DNA of 64,000 nucleotides from Spirochaetota bacterium (GTDB lineage: Bacteria; Spirochaetota; UBA12135; COTS27; CBDBHE01): NCBI GenBank assembly GCA_965205605.1, contig CBDBHE010000007.1, positions 1 through 64,000 on the forward strand. The letters run 5' to 3'. A program made the position numbers and the translations under genes. Every line of letters starts with the position of its first letter. Within the stretch, counting starts at the first letter, position 1. Below, in pieces: positions 50,301-60,208 of the stretch. A model generated the notes under the pieces. It did no database searches. It saw only the letters and a list, made by a program, of their open reading frames with translations, and had not been told where the DNA came from.

Positions 50301-53300
50301 TTTAAAAGATCCTTCACTTTTTCTTCATACACAACCTTCTTTACACCAGTCCCGTTTTTTTTATAAAAAACAATTTTTCCATCTTTGAAAATCTGACGAC
50401 TTGCCTTGGGAAAACTAAAATTGAGTTTCAAAGCATCTAAAACATTATCTCCATTAAGAGAAATATACTTCGTTTTCGTTTCAACGTTCCCCTTAGCTTT
50501 TTCTTTACATACCCTAAATGCTTTAGTCCTAACTAAAGCTTCATTACCCGCCTTGTCAGTTACCTTTAACTCATAAATATAATTACCACCTACAACACTT
50601 TCCCCTTTATTATCTAAACCCGCCCAATTAAAACTCCACTCTTCTTGAAAAGATTCTTTATTCTCAGGAGTAATCTCATAATTTTTACTTAAAAAAACTT
50701 GTCTTTTATTCGTCTTAGATGAAAAAATTTTTAGATTAATGCTCTTCACATTCCTATCTTGTGTTTCTTGGTAAAAGTTAATCGACCGATTGCCAGTTAA
50801 GCTCGTTTTATCTGTAATAAAAGAAGTTGCGTCATGATTTAATGTTACCTTCGGCTTTGTGTTATCTATCACAAAACTACCTGTAAACTTTAATACCTGT
50901 GCTCCATCAAACCAAAACTCACTATCATACCCATATTCCCCGTCTTGAAGCTTTTGGTTTTTAAAAGAGTACACTCTCTCTTTTTTTAAAAGATCCTTCA
51001 CTTTTTCTTCATACACAACCTTCTTTACACCAGTCCCGTTTTTTTTATAAAAAACAATTTTTCCATCTTTGAAAATCTGACGACTTGCCTTGGGAAAACT
51101 AAAATTGAGTTTCAAAGCATCTAAAACATTATCTCCATTAAGAGAAATATACTTCGTTTTCGTTTCAACGTTCCCCTTAGCTTTTTCTTTACATACCCTA
51201 AATGCTTTAGTCCTAACTAAAGCTTCATTACCCGCCTTGTCAGTTACCTTTAACTCATAAATATAATTACCACCTACAACACTTTCCCCTTTATTATCTA
51301 AACCCGCCCAATTAAAACTCCACTCTTCTTGAAAAGATTCTTTATTCTCAGGAGTAATCTCATAATTTTTACTTAAAAAAACTTGTCTTTTATTCGTCTT
51401 AGATGAAAAAATTTTTAGATTAATGCTCTTCACATTCCTATCTTGTGTTTCTTGGTAAAAGTTAATCGACCGATTGCCAGTTAAGCTCGTTTTATCTGTA
51501 ATAAAAGAAGTTGCGTCATGATTTAATGTTACCTTCGGCTTTGTGTTATCTATCACAAAACTACCTGTAAACTTTAATACCTGTGCTCCATCAAACCAAA
51601 ACTCACTATCATACCCATATTCCCCGTCTTGAAGCTTTTGGTTTTTAAAAGAGTACACTCTCTCTTTTTTTAAAAGATCCTTCACTTTTTCTTCATACAC
51701 AACCTTCTTTACACCAGTCCCGTTTTTTTTATAAAAAACAATTTTTCCATCTTTGAAAATCTGACGACTTGCCTTGGGAAAACTAAAATTGAGTTTCAAA
51801 GCATCTAAAACATTATCTCCATTAAGAGAAATATACTTCGTTTTCGTTTCAACGTTCCCCTTAGCTTTTTCTTTACATACCCTAAATGCTTTAGTCCTAA
51901 CTAAAGCTTCATTACCCGCCTTGTCAGTTACCTTTAACTCATAAATATAATTACCTGTCTTAACTTTAGTGCCTGTCTGATCATATCCATTCCAATGCCA
52001 TTTTTTTTCAAAAACACTTTTTGCTTTAAAAATCACATCTCCCTCAAACCATTCTTCTTCTGAAAAAACAACTTTTTTATTTTTTGGTGCATCTTTCAAA
52101 ACTCTAAACTTTAAAGAATGAAGATTTTTATCAATCAATTTATAGGTAAAAACAATCCCTTCTTTGTCTTGTAAAGTAGGATCTTCTGAAATAACAAACA
52201 CATTTCGATTTTTTTCAACAAAGATTTTTGGCAATGTGTTATCAATAATAAAAGTGCTTTGACTTTTTACTCTAAAACCTGTTTTGTAAAACGTTTTTAA
52301 ATTAGCAACATAAACCCCTTCTCTTAATTGATTGGCTTGTTTAAAAGCAAAAGTTTTTTTAAAAGTAGCCCTTTTTTGACTAAAAATAACAGTGTTTATT
52401 TTTTTATTAACAATAGAGAGCGTCTCATAATCTAAATTTCTTTGACTCTCTCTTTGAATATTAAAAACTAATGGAAGCTCTTTTTCCCCTCCTTTCTTTT
52501 TACTAAAATAACGAGGATTTTCAAAAGAAACTTTGGGGGGATTAATAAAAATTTTAAAAAATTGTTTTTTAGAAATAGATTTGTTATTTGCTAAATCCTT
52601 ACCTTTTAAAAAAACGGAATAATTTCCTTCTTCTAGCAATTGTCCTGACTTATCTTTCCCATCCCAATAAAAGCTAAATTGATGATTTTTTTTTAAAAAG
52701 TCATTTCCTTTAAATAATATTTCATTAACGATTTTTCCGTTTTTGTCTTCATTTAAAAATATAAGTTTTATTGTATCAAAAACACCGTAATAGCTCATCT
52801 TAAGATGCAGTTCAAGCTCTTCTTTTTCCCCATCTCCATTAGGAGAAAAAAAATCACTGATAATAGTTACTTTATTAACCGAAGGATCTTTATCTAAAAA
52901 CACTTTTCGAAAAGGTGTTGTGATCTTTTGTCCGTCTTCATCAATGGCTTCAACAAAGTATAAATAAAGTCCTTCAGAACAATCTATTTCTTTTTTATCA
53001 GACGTTTGCTCTTGTTTACCATCCCAAAAGACACTTTTTTGATCCAAGTAATCTTTTGAATCATAAGTTTTAATAATTTTGAGTTTATTAACATTTAGTT
53101 GGAGTACCTTAATAGTCCAATTAGTGATTTTAGGGTTTTTTAAAACTTCGTGTGAAAGTAAAATCGTGTCTCTATCGCCATCTCCATTAGGAGAAAAATA
53201 AAGAGCCGTTTCTCGAGGCATTGAAAAAGAACAAACAATTAAAGTAATTAAAAAAATTAAAAAAAATGTTTTTTTAATTTTAAAAATAAAGGTGAACATC

Positions 53301-53302
53301 AA
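47327..53302 (-). CDS. Giant FlgD-Ig/CHU_C-repeat protein with C-terminal OmpA peptidoglycan-binding domain
   Basis: Signal peptide, repeated FSPNGDG, WDG and D.AGN Ig modules; OmpA motif GHTDSRGSDEYNQKLSEKR...NRRVEF. Confidence 0.88.
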   Translation of the reverse strand: MMFTFIFKIKKTFFLIFLITLIVCSFSMPRETALYFSPNGDGDRDTILLSHEVLKNPKITNWTIKVLQLNVNKLKIIKTYDSKDYLDQKSVFWDGKQEQTSDKKEIDCSEGLYLYFVEAIDEDGQKITTPFRKVFLDKDPSVNKVTIISDFFSPNGDGEKEELELHLKMSYYGVFDTIKLIFLNEDKNGKIVNEILFKGNDFLKKNHQFSFYWDGKDKSGQLLEEGNYSVFLKGKDLANNKSISKKQFFKIFINPPKVSFENPRYFSKKKGGEKELPLVFNIQRESQRNLDYETLSIVNKKINTVIFSQKRATFKKTFAFKQANQLREGVYVANLKTFYKTGFRVKSQSTFIIDNTLPKIFVEKNRNVFVISEDPTLQDKEGIVFTYKLIDKNLHSLKFRVLKDAPKNKKVVFSEEEWFEGDVIFKAKSVFEKKWHWNGYDQTGTKVKTGNYIYELKVTDKAGNEALVRTKAFRVCKEKAKGNVETKTKYISLNGDNVLDALKLNFSFPKASRQIFKDGKIVFYKKNGTGVKKVVYEEKVKDLLKKERVYSFKNQKLQDGEYGYDSEFWFDGAQVLKFTGSFVIDNTKPKVTLNHDATSFITDKTSLTGNRSINFYQETQDRNVKSINLKIFSSKTNKRQVFLSKNYEITPENKESFQEEWSFNWAGLDNKGESVVGGNYIYELKVTDKAGNEALVRTKAFRVCKEKAKGNVETKTKYISLNGDNVLDALKLNFSFPKASRQIFKDGKIVFYKKNGTGVKKVVYEEKVKDLLKKERVYSFKNQKLQDGEYGYDSEFWFDGAQVLKFTGSFVIDNTKPKVTLNHDATSFITDKTSLTGNRSINFYQETQDRNVKSINLKIFSSKTNKRQVFLSKNYEITPENKESFQEEWSFNWAGLDNKGESVVGGNYIYELKVTDKAGNEALVRTKAFRVCKEKAKGNVETKTKYISLNGDNVLDALKLNFSFPKASRQIFKDGKIVFYKKNGTGVKKVVYEEKVKDLLKKERVYSFKNQKLQDGEYGYDSEFWFDGAQVLKFTGSFVIDNTKPKVTLNHDATSFITDKTSLTGNRSINFYQETQDRNVKSINLKIFSSKTNKRQVFLSKNYEITPENKESFQEEWSFNWAGLDNKGESVVGGNYIYELKVTDKAGNEALVRTKAFRVCKEKAKGNVETKTKYISLNGDNVLDALKLNFSFPKASRQIFKDGKIVFYKKNGTGVKKVVYEEKVKDLLKKERVYSFKNQKLQDGEYGYDSEFWFDGAQVLKFTGSFVIDNTKPKVTLNHDVTSFITDKTSLTGNRSINFYQETQDRNVKSINLKIFSSKTNKRQVFLSKNYEITPENKESFQEEWSFNWAGLDNKGESVVGGNYIYELKVTDKAGNEALVRTKAFRVFAKKVNVSVSSELVRISPNGDGEKDYFTVSFNLPLETRKRFLRGFLRVFKGDRVIKKYELKNDVEGVNYPDNNKTPFPYSDGTDYKYEYSLFFDGNENLTTSRFFVVDTEPLKLNFSFKNLYFSPNGDGFNEQFELDIAKEDFKKWRKGNAVWIEVKDQKGKTVTLEGMNFDLRKCVWKGKDDNRKDVPEGTYFIRLITKDGGNNVWSSEALKVILIRKNVANLKLFFSEGEGYFNLKAEKNPIKLLSTLDNFKYFEGIDYYFTFRNRRNRKIITNIISYKKPSSIILNKNLEEAFWREDNVYKIWAVAKYKHRINIVSKKIKLIVDSKPPVIFLKASGKFKPSVEVENLNQLTIGVESEDNQSVGKTELLIYQNAPKFNFRKGETNQAKFLKSFDEDPLQVWEWEGSVLTNLLYVAWDDKKKGKNLKTGQEYAIVLKTTDAAGNVKLVSKKIKVGFLVETTQDGKFRIIINTVNFVFDSDKMVGDYQKILTRILDVLVSFKGYNILIVGHTDSRGSDEYNQKLSEKRSKAVYNYFIKSGVEPSTLSFLGKGKKELLVKQEVIRRSRFSSSERKKLTELNYLKNRRVEFFLVNEHKKNTDVQDK
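49143..51955. repeat. Intragenic tandem repeat, 684-bp unit (228 aa), 4.1 copies
   Basis: ACCCTAAATGCTTTAGTCC recurs at 49143, 49827, 50511, 51195 and 51879; the only difference noticed is A49461 vs G (Val vs Ala). Confidence 0.97.
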
Positions 53303-53472
53303 ATTAAACTAAATTAATAAATAATTTAAGTATCAAAAATATATCATGAGACTCAACTAATAAAAACTGAAAACAATCACTATTTTCTAAAATAAAGATA
53401 TTTTTTATCATCCAGAAGAGATATGCTAAAATAACATTTAAGTAAAAAATTAAATAACTTACAAAATAAAAA

Positions 53473-56055
53473 ATGTTAAATATACTAAAATTTTTTTTTG
53501 GAACTAAACACGAAAGAGATATAAAAAAAATAAAACCTCTTGTAGAAAAAATTAATGCCTTTGAAAAAAAATTAGAACCATTAAGTGACAAAGTTTTAAA
53601 AGAAAAAACCAACTTTTTTAAAAAACGTCTTCAAAAAGGAGAGAAACTAGAGTCCGTTTTGCCAGAAGCCTTTGCTGTCGTAAGAGAAGCTTCTAAAAGA
53701 ACTCTTAAATTACGTCATTTTGATGTCCAAATGATTGGAGGATTTGTTCTTTTTCAAGGAAAAATTGCTGAAATGAAAACAGGGGAAGGAAAAACTCTTG
53801 TTGCTACTTTAACAGCGTATTTAAGAGCCCTTGAAGAAAAAGGGGTCCACGTCGTAACAGTCAATGATCATTTAGCAAAACGAGATGCTAATTGGATGAG
53901 ACCTATTTATGAGTTTTTAGGACTTTCGGTAGGATATATTGTTCATGATCTAGACCCTCAAACAAGAAAAGAAATGTATACCTGTGACATCACATATGGG
54001 ACTAATAATGAGTTTGGTTTTGATTATTTACGAGATAATATGGTCGATGAAATTGGACATAAATCCCAAAGAGAACATTACTTTTGCATTATTGATGAAG
54101 TGGATTCTATTTTAATTGATGAAGCAAGAACTCCTTTGATTATTTCAGGACCTTCTGATTCGTCCGTGGATAAGTATTATCAAATTGACAAGATCATCCC
54201 TCGCCTTAAAGAAGCACAAAAAGACATAAAAGGAAAAGAAGTTGCCAATACAGGTGATTTTATTATTGATATCAAAGACCGAAACCTTATTATTACAGAA
54301 GATGGTGTTAAAACAGTTGAGAAACTACTTAGCATTAAAAATCTTTTTGATGTTAACAATATGGAAATACTCCACCATGTCAATCAAGGCTTAAAATCGC
54401 ATCATCTTTATAAAAAAAACATTGATTATATTGTAGAAAATGGGGAAGTGGTGATTATTGATGAGTTTACAGGCAGAAAAATGGGAGGACGTCGCTTTTC
54501 TGATGGGCTCCATCAAGCCATCGAAGCCAAAGAAAGAGTGCAAATTCTTTCTGAAAATCAAACCCTCGCTTCAATTACCTTTCAAAACTACTTTAGAATG
54601 TATTCGGTTATTTCAGGGATGACAGGGACAGCTGATACAGAAGCTATCGAATTTAAAAAAATATATAATTTAGAAGTTGTTTGCATCCCTACCAATGTTT
54701 CTGTTGCTAGGAAAGATCAAAATGACAAAGTTTATCGAACTGAAAAAGAAAAATTTAATGCCATTTCAAAACTTGTTAGTCAAAAGCATCAAAAAGGAGT
54801 CCCAATATTAATCGGGACTTCTTCAGTAGAAAATTCAGAAGCTTTAAGTCAAATTTTCAAAAAAAATCGCCTCCCTCATGAAGTCCTTAATGCCAAAAAC
54901 CATGAAAGAGAAGCTATCATTACAACTAAAGCAGGAGAAAAACATTCCATTACAATCGCTACAAATATGGCAGGTAGAGGGACTGACATAAAACTAGGCA
55001 AAGGAGTAAAAGAATTGGGCGGCCTTTTAGTCATTGGAAGTGAAAGACACGAATCAAGAAGAATTGACAATCAATTAAGAGGTCGTTCTGGGAGACAAGG
55101 TGATCCTGGAGAATCTATTTTTTACTTATCTCTTGAAGATGACCTCATGAAACGCTTTGGTAGTGAAAAATTGTCTAACATCATGCTTAGACTTGGAATG
55201 GAAGAAGGGCAAGAAATTGAAAACCCAATTATTTCTAGAGCCATTCGGGGGGCTCAAAAAAAAGTAGAGGGCATTAATTTTGAAATAAGAAAGTACCTTT
55301 TAGAATATGATGATGTGATGAATAAACAAAGAGTTTATATTTACAAAGAAAGAAATGAAATCTTAAAAGGAGAGCATTTAATCAAAAAAATAGAAGACTA
55401 TTTTGATGAAAGTTTGACCCATCAATTTTATCTTTTTTCCAACAAAAGTGAAAAAACTTCCGAAAATCTTTTTGAAAAAAGTAAACTTTATTTAGAAGGG
55501 GCTTTATCGATTCAATTTTCTATGGAGTTAAATGCTTTTTTAAAAAATAGTTATTATGAAAATGAAGACATTCTTTTTGAATACATTTTAAAACAATACA
55601 AAGAAAAACAAAAAGAGCATCCAAAGGATTTAATTAATTTTATTGAAAAATATGTTTTACTTCAAATTTTAGACACAAAATGGAAAGACCATTTATTACA
55701 AATGGATCACTTAAAAGAAGGGATCAACTTAAGATCTTACGGAGAAAAAAAACCACTAAATGAATTCAAACAAGAAGGATTTAAAATCTTTAAAGCCATG
55801 TTAAGCGCTATTCATCAAGAGTCAATGGAAAAATTATTTCAAGTTAAAGCCGTCAAAGCACCAACTCAAATGAGCTCAAATTATGATATCCATTCGGAAG
55901 AAAGTAATAAAGAAATCTTTTCTTCAAATGAAACTAGAAAACAAATTGCTAATCAAAAAAAAAATCAAGTCATTAATCCTTCTAAAATAGGCAGAAACGA
56001 ACCTTGCTATTGTCAAAGTGGGAAAAAATACAAATATTGTCATGGAAAAATCTAA
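53473..56055 (+). CDS. secA: Preprotein translocase subunit SecA
   Basis: EMKTGEGKT, YGTNNEFGFDYLRDNM, DEVDSILIDEARTPLIISG, QLRGRSGRQGDPG, SEC-C GRNEPCYCQSGKKYKYCHG. Confidence 0.98.
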   Translation: MLNILKFFFGTKHERDIKKIKPLVEKINAFEKKLEPLSDKVLKEKTNFFKKRLQKGEKLESVLPEAFAVVREASKRTLKLRHFDVQMIGGFVLFQGKIAEMKTGEGKTLVATLTAYLRALEEKGVHVVTVNDHLAKRDANWMRPIYEFLGLSVGYIVHDLDPQTRKEMYTCDITYGTNNEFGFDYLRDNMVDEIGHKSQREHYFCIIDEVDSILIDEARTPLIISGPSDSSVDKYYQIDKIIPRLKEAQKDIKGKEVANTGDFIIDIKDRNLIITEDGVKTVEKLLSIKNLFDVNNMEILHHVNQGLKSHHLYKKNIDYIVENGEVVIIDEFTGRKMGGRRFSDGLHQAIEAKERVQILSENQTLASITFQNYFRMYSVISGMTGTADTEAIEFKKIYNLEVVCIPTNVSVARKDQNDKVYRTEKEKFNAISKLVSQKHQKGVPILIGTSSVENSEALSQIFKKNRLPHEVLNAKNHEREAIITTKAGEKHSITIATNMAGRGTDIKLGKGVKELGGLLVIGSERHESRRIDNQLRGRSGRQGDPGESIFYLSLEDDLMKRFGSEKLSNIMLRLGMEEGQEIENPIISRAIRGAQKKVEGINFEIRKYLLEYDDVMNKQRVYIYKERNEILKGEHLIKKIEDYFDESLTHQFYLFSNKSEKTSENLFEKSKLYLEGALSIQFSMELNAFLKNSYYENEDILFEYILKQYKEKQKEHPKDLINFIEKYVLLQILDTKWKDHLLQMDHLKEGINLRSYGEKKPLNEFKQEGFKIFKAMLSAIHQESMEKLFQVKAVKAPTQMSSNYDIHSEESNKEIFSSNETRKQIANQKKNQVINPSKIGRNEPCYCQSGKKYKYCHGKI

Positions 56056-57031
56056 ACTTAATTTTTTAAATCTTTTTTTATTTTTATTTTTAAGTATTTT
56101 TTTTATTAGTAGTTTTACAAACTGCAATCAAGTCCATACTCTAAAAATGGAAAAAATTAATTTTATCGAATTAAAAACAACTTTAACTAATCAAGAGGCT
56201 TTTTCCTTCTTTTTAAAAAAAAAACCCTACTCCACTTACAAAAAAAATCTTGTTTATATTGATAAAGATCAAAATAAAATCTATTATAAAAATCAAAAAA
56301 GCACGCTTATTTATTCTAATAAAACCCAACAACCTATTCAATACATTACTCTTTTTGAAAATAAAATTTTAGGACTTACAACAGACACTACCAATCAAAA
56401 ATGCACTCTCTTTACAATCGAAACAAAGACCAAAAGTGATCTTTTAGTCTTATCCAATAAGATTGATTTTCAAGAACTTGCTATTACGGATGTAAATCAA
56501 TTTTCTTTTGAGAAAATTAGATCAAAAAAATATAAAGACGGGACCATTTGTCTACTTTTTAAAAATTTTTATATTTTAAAAATAAAAAAAAATCAGAAGA
56601 TTCACATTTTCAAGTTACCTAAATTAATCTTAAAAAAAAATCCTAAAGACATCGAAAAATTTATTTATTTTACAAAAAAACAAAATCATCTCTTTTTAAT
56701 CAAGTATCTCTATAAAGGCAATCAATATCAAGGGGTTGAAATTACAACTTACAATTACATGAAAGACAAAGTCATCAATATCAAAAAAATAACGCTTAAA
56801 AAAGAATATTTCTTTGACTTTTATAAAAATCAGTATGCTGTTTTCAACTATTATGACAAAAAAAAATCAACGATTCAATTTAACTATTATAAGGGACCTA
56901 CTTTTAAAAAGCAAGTGAGTAAAATCTTTAAAATCAATAATCGTTATCCTTATAATCTTTCTCATGAAAATGGCAAATTAGAAGGTTTTTTAATTTTGTC
57001 CAATCAAATTCATTTTTATCAATGGAAATAA
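56018..57031 (+). CDS. Hypothetical putative lipoprotein (probable start ATG 56042)
   Basis: Hydrophobic N-terminus ending FTNC; beta-rich; sits between secA and nnr with overlaps. Confidence 0.55.
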   Translation: MGKNTNIVMEKSKLNFLNLFLFLFLSIFFISSFTNCNQVHTLKMEKINFIELKTTLTNQEAFSFFLKKKPYSTYKKNLVYIDKDQNKIYYKNQKSTLIYSNKTQQPIQYITLFENKILGLTTDTTNQKCTLFTIETKTKSDLLVLSNKIDFQELAITDVNQFSFEKIRSKKYKDGTICLLFKNFYILKIKKNQKIHIFKLPKLILKKNPKDIEKFIYFTKKQNHLFLIKYLYKGNQYQGVEITTYNYMKDKVINIKKITLKKEYFFDFYKNQYAVFNYYDKKKSTIQFNYYKGPTFKKQVSKIFKINNRYPYNLSHENGKLEGFLILSNQIHFYQWK

Positions 57032-58530
57032 TTCCTTATTTTTCCTTAAAAGATAGTATCAAAATCGATCAAAAAAGTATAAAAACCTATAAGATTAATC
57101 CCTCCCTTTTAATGGAAAATGCAGGGAATGAAATGGGGCAAATTGTTTTAAAATTTGTCAAAAAATTAAACAAAAAAGAAGTTTGGGTTTTTTGTGGAAA
57201 CGGAAATAATGGAGGGGATGGTTTAGTTTTATCTCGATACTTAATTAAGCATCAAGTAACTGTAAAAGTATTGATTGCAGATGAAAAACAAGTTTTAGAA
57301 AAAAAAAATATTTTAAAAGAAAAACTCTCTCTTTTGAAACTGCATACTAAAAATATTCATTATTTAACAAAAGAAAACCTAAGGAATGCATTACTTATTG
57401 AAAATGAAAAAGAAATCCTTATTGTAGATGCTCTTTTTGGCACAGGGTTAAATCGTTTGGTAGAGGGTCTTTTTAAAAAAATCATTGATTGGGTTAATTT
57501 ATTAAAGAACACTTTTGTTGTTTCTTTAGACATTCCCTCGGGGCTAATCAAAACAGTAGAAAAAGGAAGCTCGATTAAAGCATCTCTTACGATTACGGTA
57601 TCTGCGTATAAAGATATATTTTTTTACCCTTGGTATGCTTCTTATTTAGGAAAAATAAAAGTAATTCCGCTTGATTTTCCTCCCAAGCTTTTACAAGAAA
57701 CTCTAAAAAAAATGAAAAAAGGACTTCATCAATCTATTGCTAAAAGAAGCCCTTATCACCATAAACTAAGTTGTGGAAAAACACTTATTATTGCAGGCAG
57801 TCATCGTTATCAAGGAGCTGGATTTTTATCTACTAAAGGTTGTTTAACGACAGGAGGCTCCTATGTCAATGCCATTGGGCACAAAAATATTAATTCACCT
57901 CCTGAAGTCATAAAAGAGTCTTTTAAAAAAGATTATTTTTCTAAAGAAGATCTTGTTTATAATAAAATTCTTTTTGAAAAATCCGCTCATATTTTAATAG
58001 GGCCTGGATTAGATCGAAGCAAAGAAACTACAAACGCAATAAAAGAAATGTTTTTTTTAATCAAAAAAACACCTAAAAATATTATTATTGATGCCGATGG
58101 GCTTTATCATTTCAAACAAATAATTCATCAAAAAGATTGGGATCAAAAGCATCCCCATCAAATTCTTTTAACCCCTCATTTAGGTGAATTAATCTTTCTT
58201 TTAGAGCTTACTAAAAAAGAACTAAATAAAGATTACTTAAATCACATTGTTACTTTTTGTAAAAAACAAAACGTTTTTTTACTTGCAAAAGAAGTGACTT
58301 CTTTACTTTACATGGAATGTTTTTACTTATACAATAAACCTAATGCATTTCTTGGAAAAGCAGGTAGTGGGGATATTCTTTCAGGGATGATGTTAGGCCC
58401 CTTATCTTATGCCCCTTCTTTTAAAGAAGGCATCCTTACAGGACTTTGTCTTTATTACAAAAAAGCCGATTTTATTAACAAAAATTTAGGAGACAAGACT
58501 CCCATTACAGCACTTTTGGAAAAGCTTTAA
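57022..58530 (+). CDS. nnr: Bifunctional NAD(P)HX epimerase/dehydratase
   Basis: LMENAG, CGNGNNGGDG, VDALFGTG, SLDIPSG; HK...G..LIIAGS..Y.GA, IGPGL, IDADG, TPHLGE, AGSGDILSG. Confidence 0.9.
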   Translation: MEIIPYFSLKDSIKIDQKSIKTYKINPSLLMENAGNEMGQIVLKFVKKLNKKEVWVFCGNGNNGGDGLVLSRYLIKHQVTVKVLIADEKQVLEKKNILKEKLSLLKLHTKNIHYLTKENLRNALLIENEKEILIVDALFGTGLNRLVEGLFKKIIDWVNLLKNTFVVSLDIPSGLIKTVEKGSSIKASLTITVSAYKDIFFYPWYASYLGKIKVIPLDFPPKLLQETLKKMKKGLHQSIAKRSPYHHKLSCGKTLIIAGSHRYQGAGFLSTKGCLTTGGSYVNAIGHKNINSPPEVIKESFKKDYFSKEDLVYNKILFEKSAHILIGPGLDRSKETTNAIKEMFFLIKKTPKNIIIDADGLYHFKQIIHQKDWDQKHPHQILLTPHLGELIFLLELTKKELNKDYLNHIVTFCKKQNVFLLAKEVTSLLYMECFYLYNKPNAFLGKAGSGDILSGMMLGPLSYAPSFKEGILTGLCLYYKKADFINKNLGDKTPITALLEKL

Positions 58531-58546
58531 CCTCCATTAATTTAAT

Positions 58547-59110
58547 ATGAACTTACCCAATAAAAAAAATCAAAAAAAAACACTTTCAAGTGAAAATGAA
58601 ATGAAACGACTTAAAGCCAAAGGGATTCATTTTCATTACGATAAGAAAATTGACTCTGCTAGTAAGAGCAGCAGAAAAAAAAATTCTCGTTACGCAACCT
58701 CTCATTTTCGTATTAGTGTTTTACTTTCAATCATTGCTTTTACGATGCTTTATGTTTTTTTCTACATAAAGCAAAGGCAAGATAATTTTGTCGCTTTAGG
58801 CAAAGATATTTCAATAGAAACAACTTTTTTTCACCCTAAAGATTTAGAAACTTCTATCATTAAGCTTTCATTTTTCCCTAAAAAAGAAAGTTTCTTAATA
58901 GAAAAAAATACAGATATTAAAATTATTTTTAAAAACCCTTCTTATCAATTTGATGAAAAAACTTTTTTCATAGAAAAAGATCTTCTTATCAAAAAAAACA
59001 ATCCTTTAATCAGCCAGCTTATTATTTCAAGAGGTAATTTTTTTAAATCAACTCATATGATCATTACATCTCAAAAGCTAGAAATTAATAAAAAAATTAC
59101 TCTAAAATAA
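58547..59110 (+). CDS. Hypothetical single-TM protein
   Basis: 187-aa ORF in operon orientation with one TM (ISVLLSIIAFTMLYVFFYI). Confidence 0.6.
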   Translation: MNLPNKKNQKKTLSSENEMKRLKAKGIHFHYDKKIDSASKSSRKKNSRYATSHFRISVLLSIIAFTMLYVFFYIKQRQDNFVALGKDISIETTFFHPKDLETSIIKLSFFPKKESFLIEKNTDIKIIFKNPSYQFDEKTFFIEKDLLIKKNNPLISQLIISRGNFFKSTHMIITSQKLEINKKITLK

Positions 59111-59140
59111 AAGGGTTTTTTTTTCCAAATAATATTAAAA

Positions 59141-60208
59141 ATGAAAGAAGAATTTTTTATCAGTAAAAAAATCAAACAATTAAAGCCTTATATTCCAGGT
59201 GAACAAACTAAAAACAAAAATATCATTAAACTCAACACCAATGAAAATCCTTACCAACCAAATGGAGAAATAAAATCGGTTTTAAAAAAAATTAAAATCA
59301 AGCAATTAAAATTTTACCCAGATTCAAAATGTGAACAATTAAAAGAAAAAACAGCTTTATTTTTTAAAACACTAAAAAATCAAATTGCTTTTGGAAATGG
59401 CTCCGACGAACTCATTCATGCTATTTTTAGAGGATTTTTTAATCCAAAAGAATCTGTTTTATTCACCCAATACACCTATAGTGCTTATGAAGTTTATGCT
59501 CATATGTATGGGATTGCTATTAAAAAAATCAAAATGAAAGAAGACTTTTTGATTCCTCTACAAGTGCTTAAAAAATTCTCTGCTAAAGTGTTTTTCTTGA
59601 CCAACCCCAGTGCCCCTACAGGGACACTGATTGATTTAAAATCAATTGAAAAAGCAGTATTAGAAAACCCAAAAAAACTTTTCGTCATTGATGAAGCTTA
59701 TCACGATTTTAGTGATAAAAATAAAAGTGCGCTTTGTTTATTGCCTCATCATAACAATTTAATCATTTTAAAAACACTTTCAAAATCTTTTTCACTAGCT
59801 GCAATTCGTCTTGGAATGGCGTTTGCTCATCCAAAAATCATTGAAGCTTTTTATAAAATCTTAGACCCTTACAATATCAACACTTTAACTCAGTTAATTG
59901 CAATAAATGCTTTTCACCACACTTCCCACTACACTAAGAACTTAAACAAAATAAAAAACACAAGAGAAGACTTCAAAAAAAAACTACAACAACTTCATTT
60001 TAAAGTGATCCCTTCTTCTGCTAATTTTCTTTTGGTTACTCACCAAAATATCAACATGGAACATTTATATTTATTTTTAAAAAAAAAAAATATCCTTGTT
60101 CGTTATTTTAAACGTCCTACTTTAGACCAATACTTAAGAATTACAATCGGAAAAAATCGTGATATGAAAAAATTATATAAAACCATTAAACGATATGAAA
60201 AAATTTAA
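59141..60208 (+). CDS. hisC: Histidinol-phosphate aminotransferase
   Basis: PYIPGEQ, KLNTNENPY, GNGSDE, NP.APTG, DEAY, TLSKSFSLA.IRLG (PLP Lys), LRITIG. Confidence 0.95.
   Translation: MKEEFFISKKIKQLKPYIPGEQTKNKNIIKLNTNENPYQPNGEIKSVLKKIKIKQLKFYPDSKCEQLKEKTALFFKTLKNQIAFGNGSDELIHAIFRGFFNPKESVLFTQYTYSAYEVYAHMYGIAIKKIKMKEDFLIPLQVLKKFSAKVFFLTNPSAPTGTLIDLKSIEKAVLENPKKLFVIDEAYHDFSDKNKSALCLLPHHNNLIILKTLSKSFSLAAIRLGMAFAHPKIIEAFYKILDPYNINTLTQLIAINAFHHTSHYTKNLNKIKNTREDFKKKLQQLHFKVIPSSANFLLVTHQNINMEHLYLFLKKKNILVRYFKRPTLDQYLRITIGKNRDMKKLYKTIKRYEKI

Noticed and set aside
49143-51955. Long regular repeat considered as a CRISPR array or multi-copy IS
   Set aside because: The unit is 684 bp, in frame, without unique spacers, terminal repeats or transposase; it is a coding domain repeat. 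No CRISPR array or cas genes were seen in the window.
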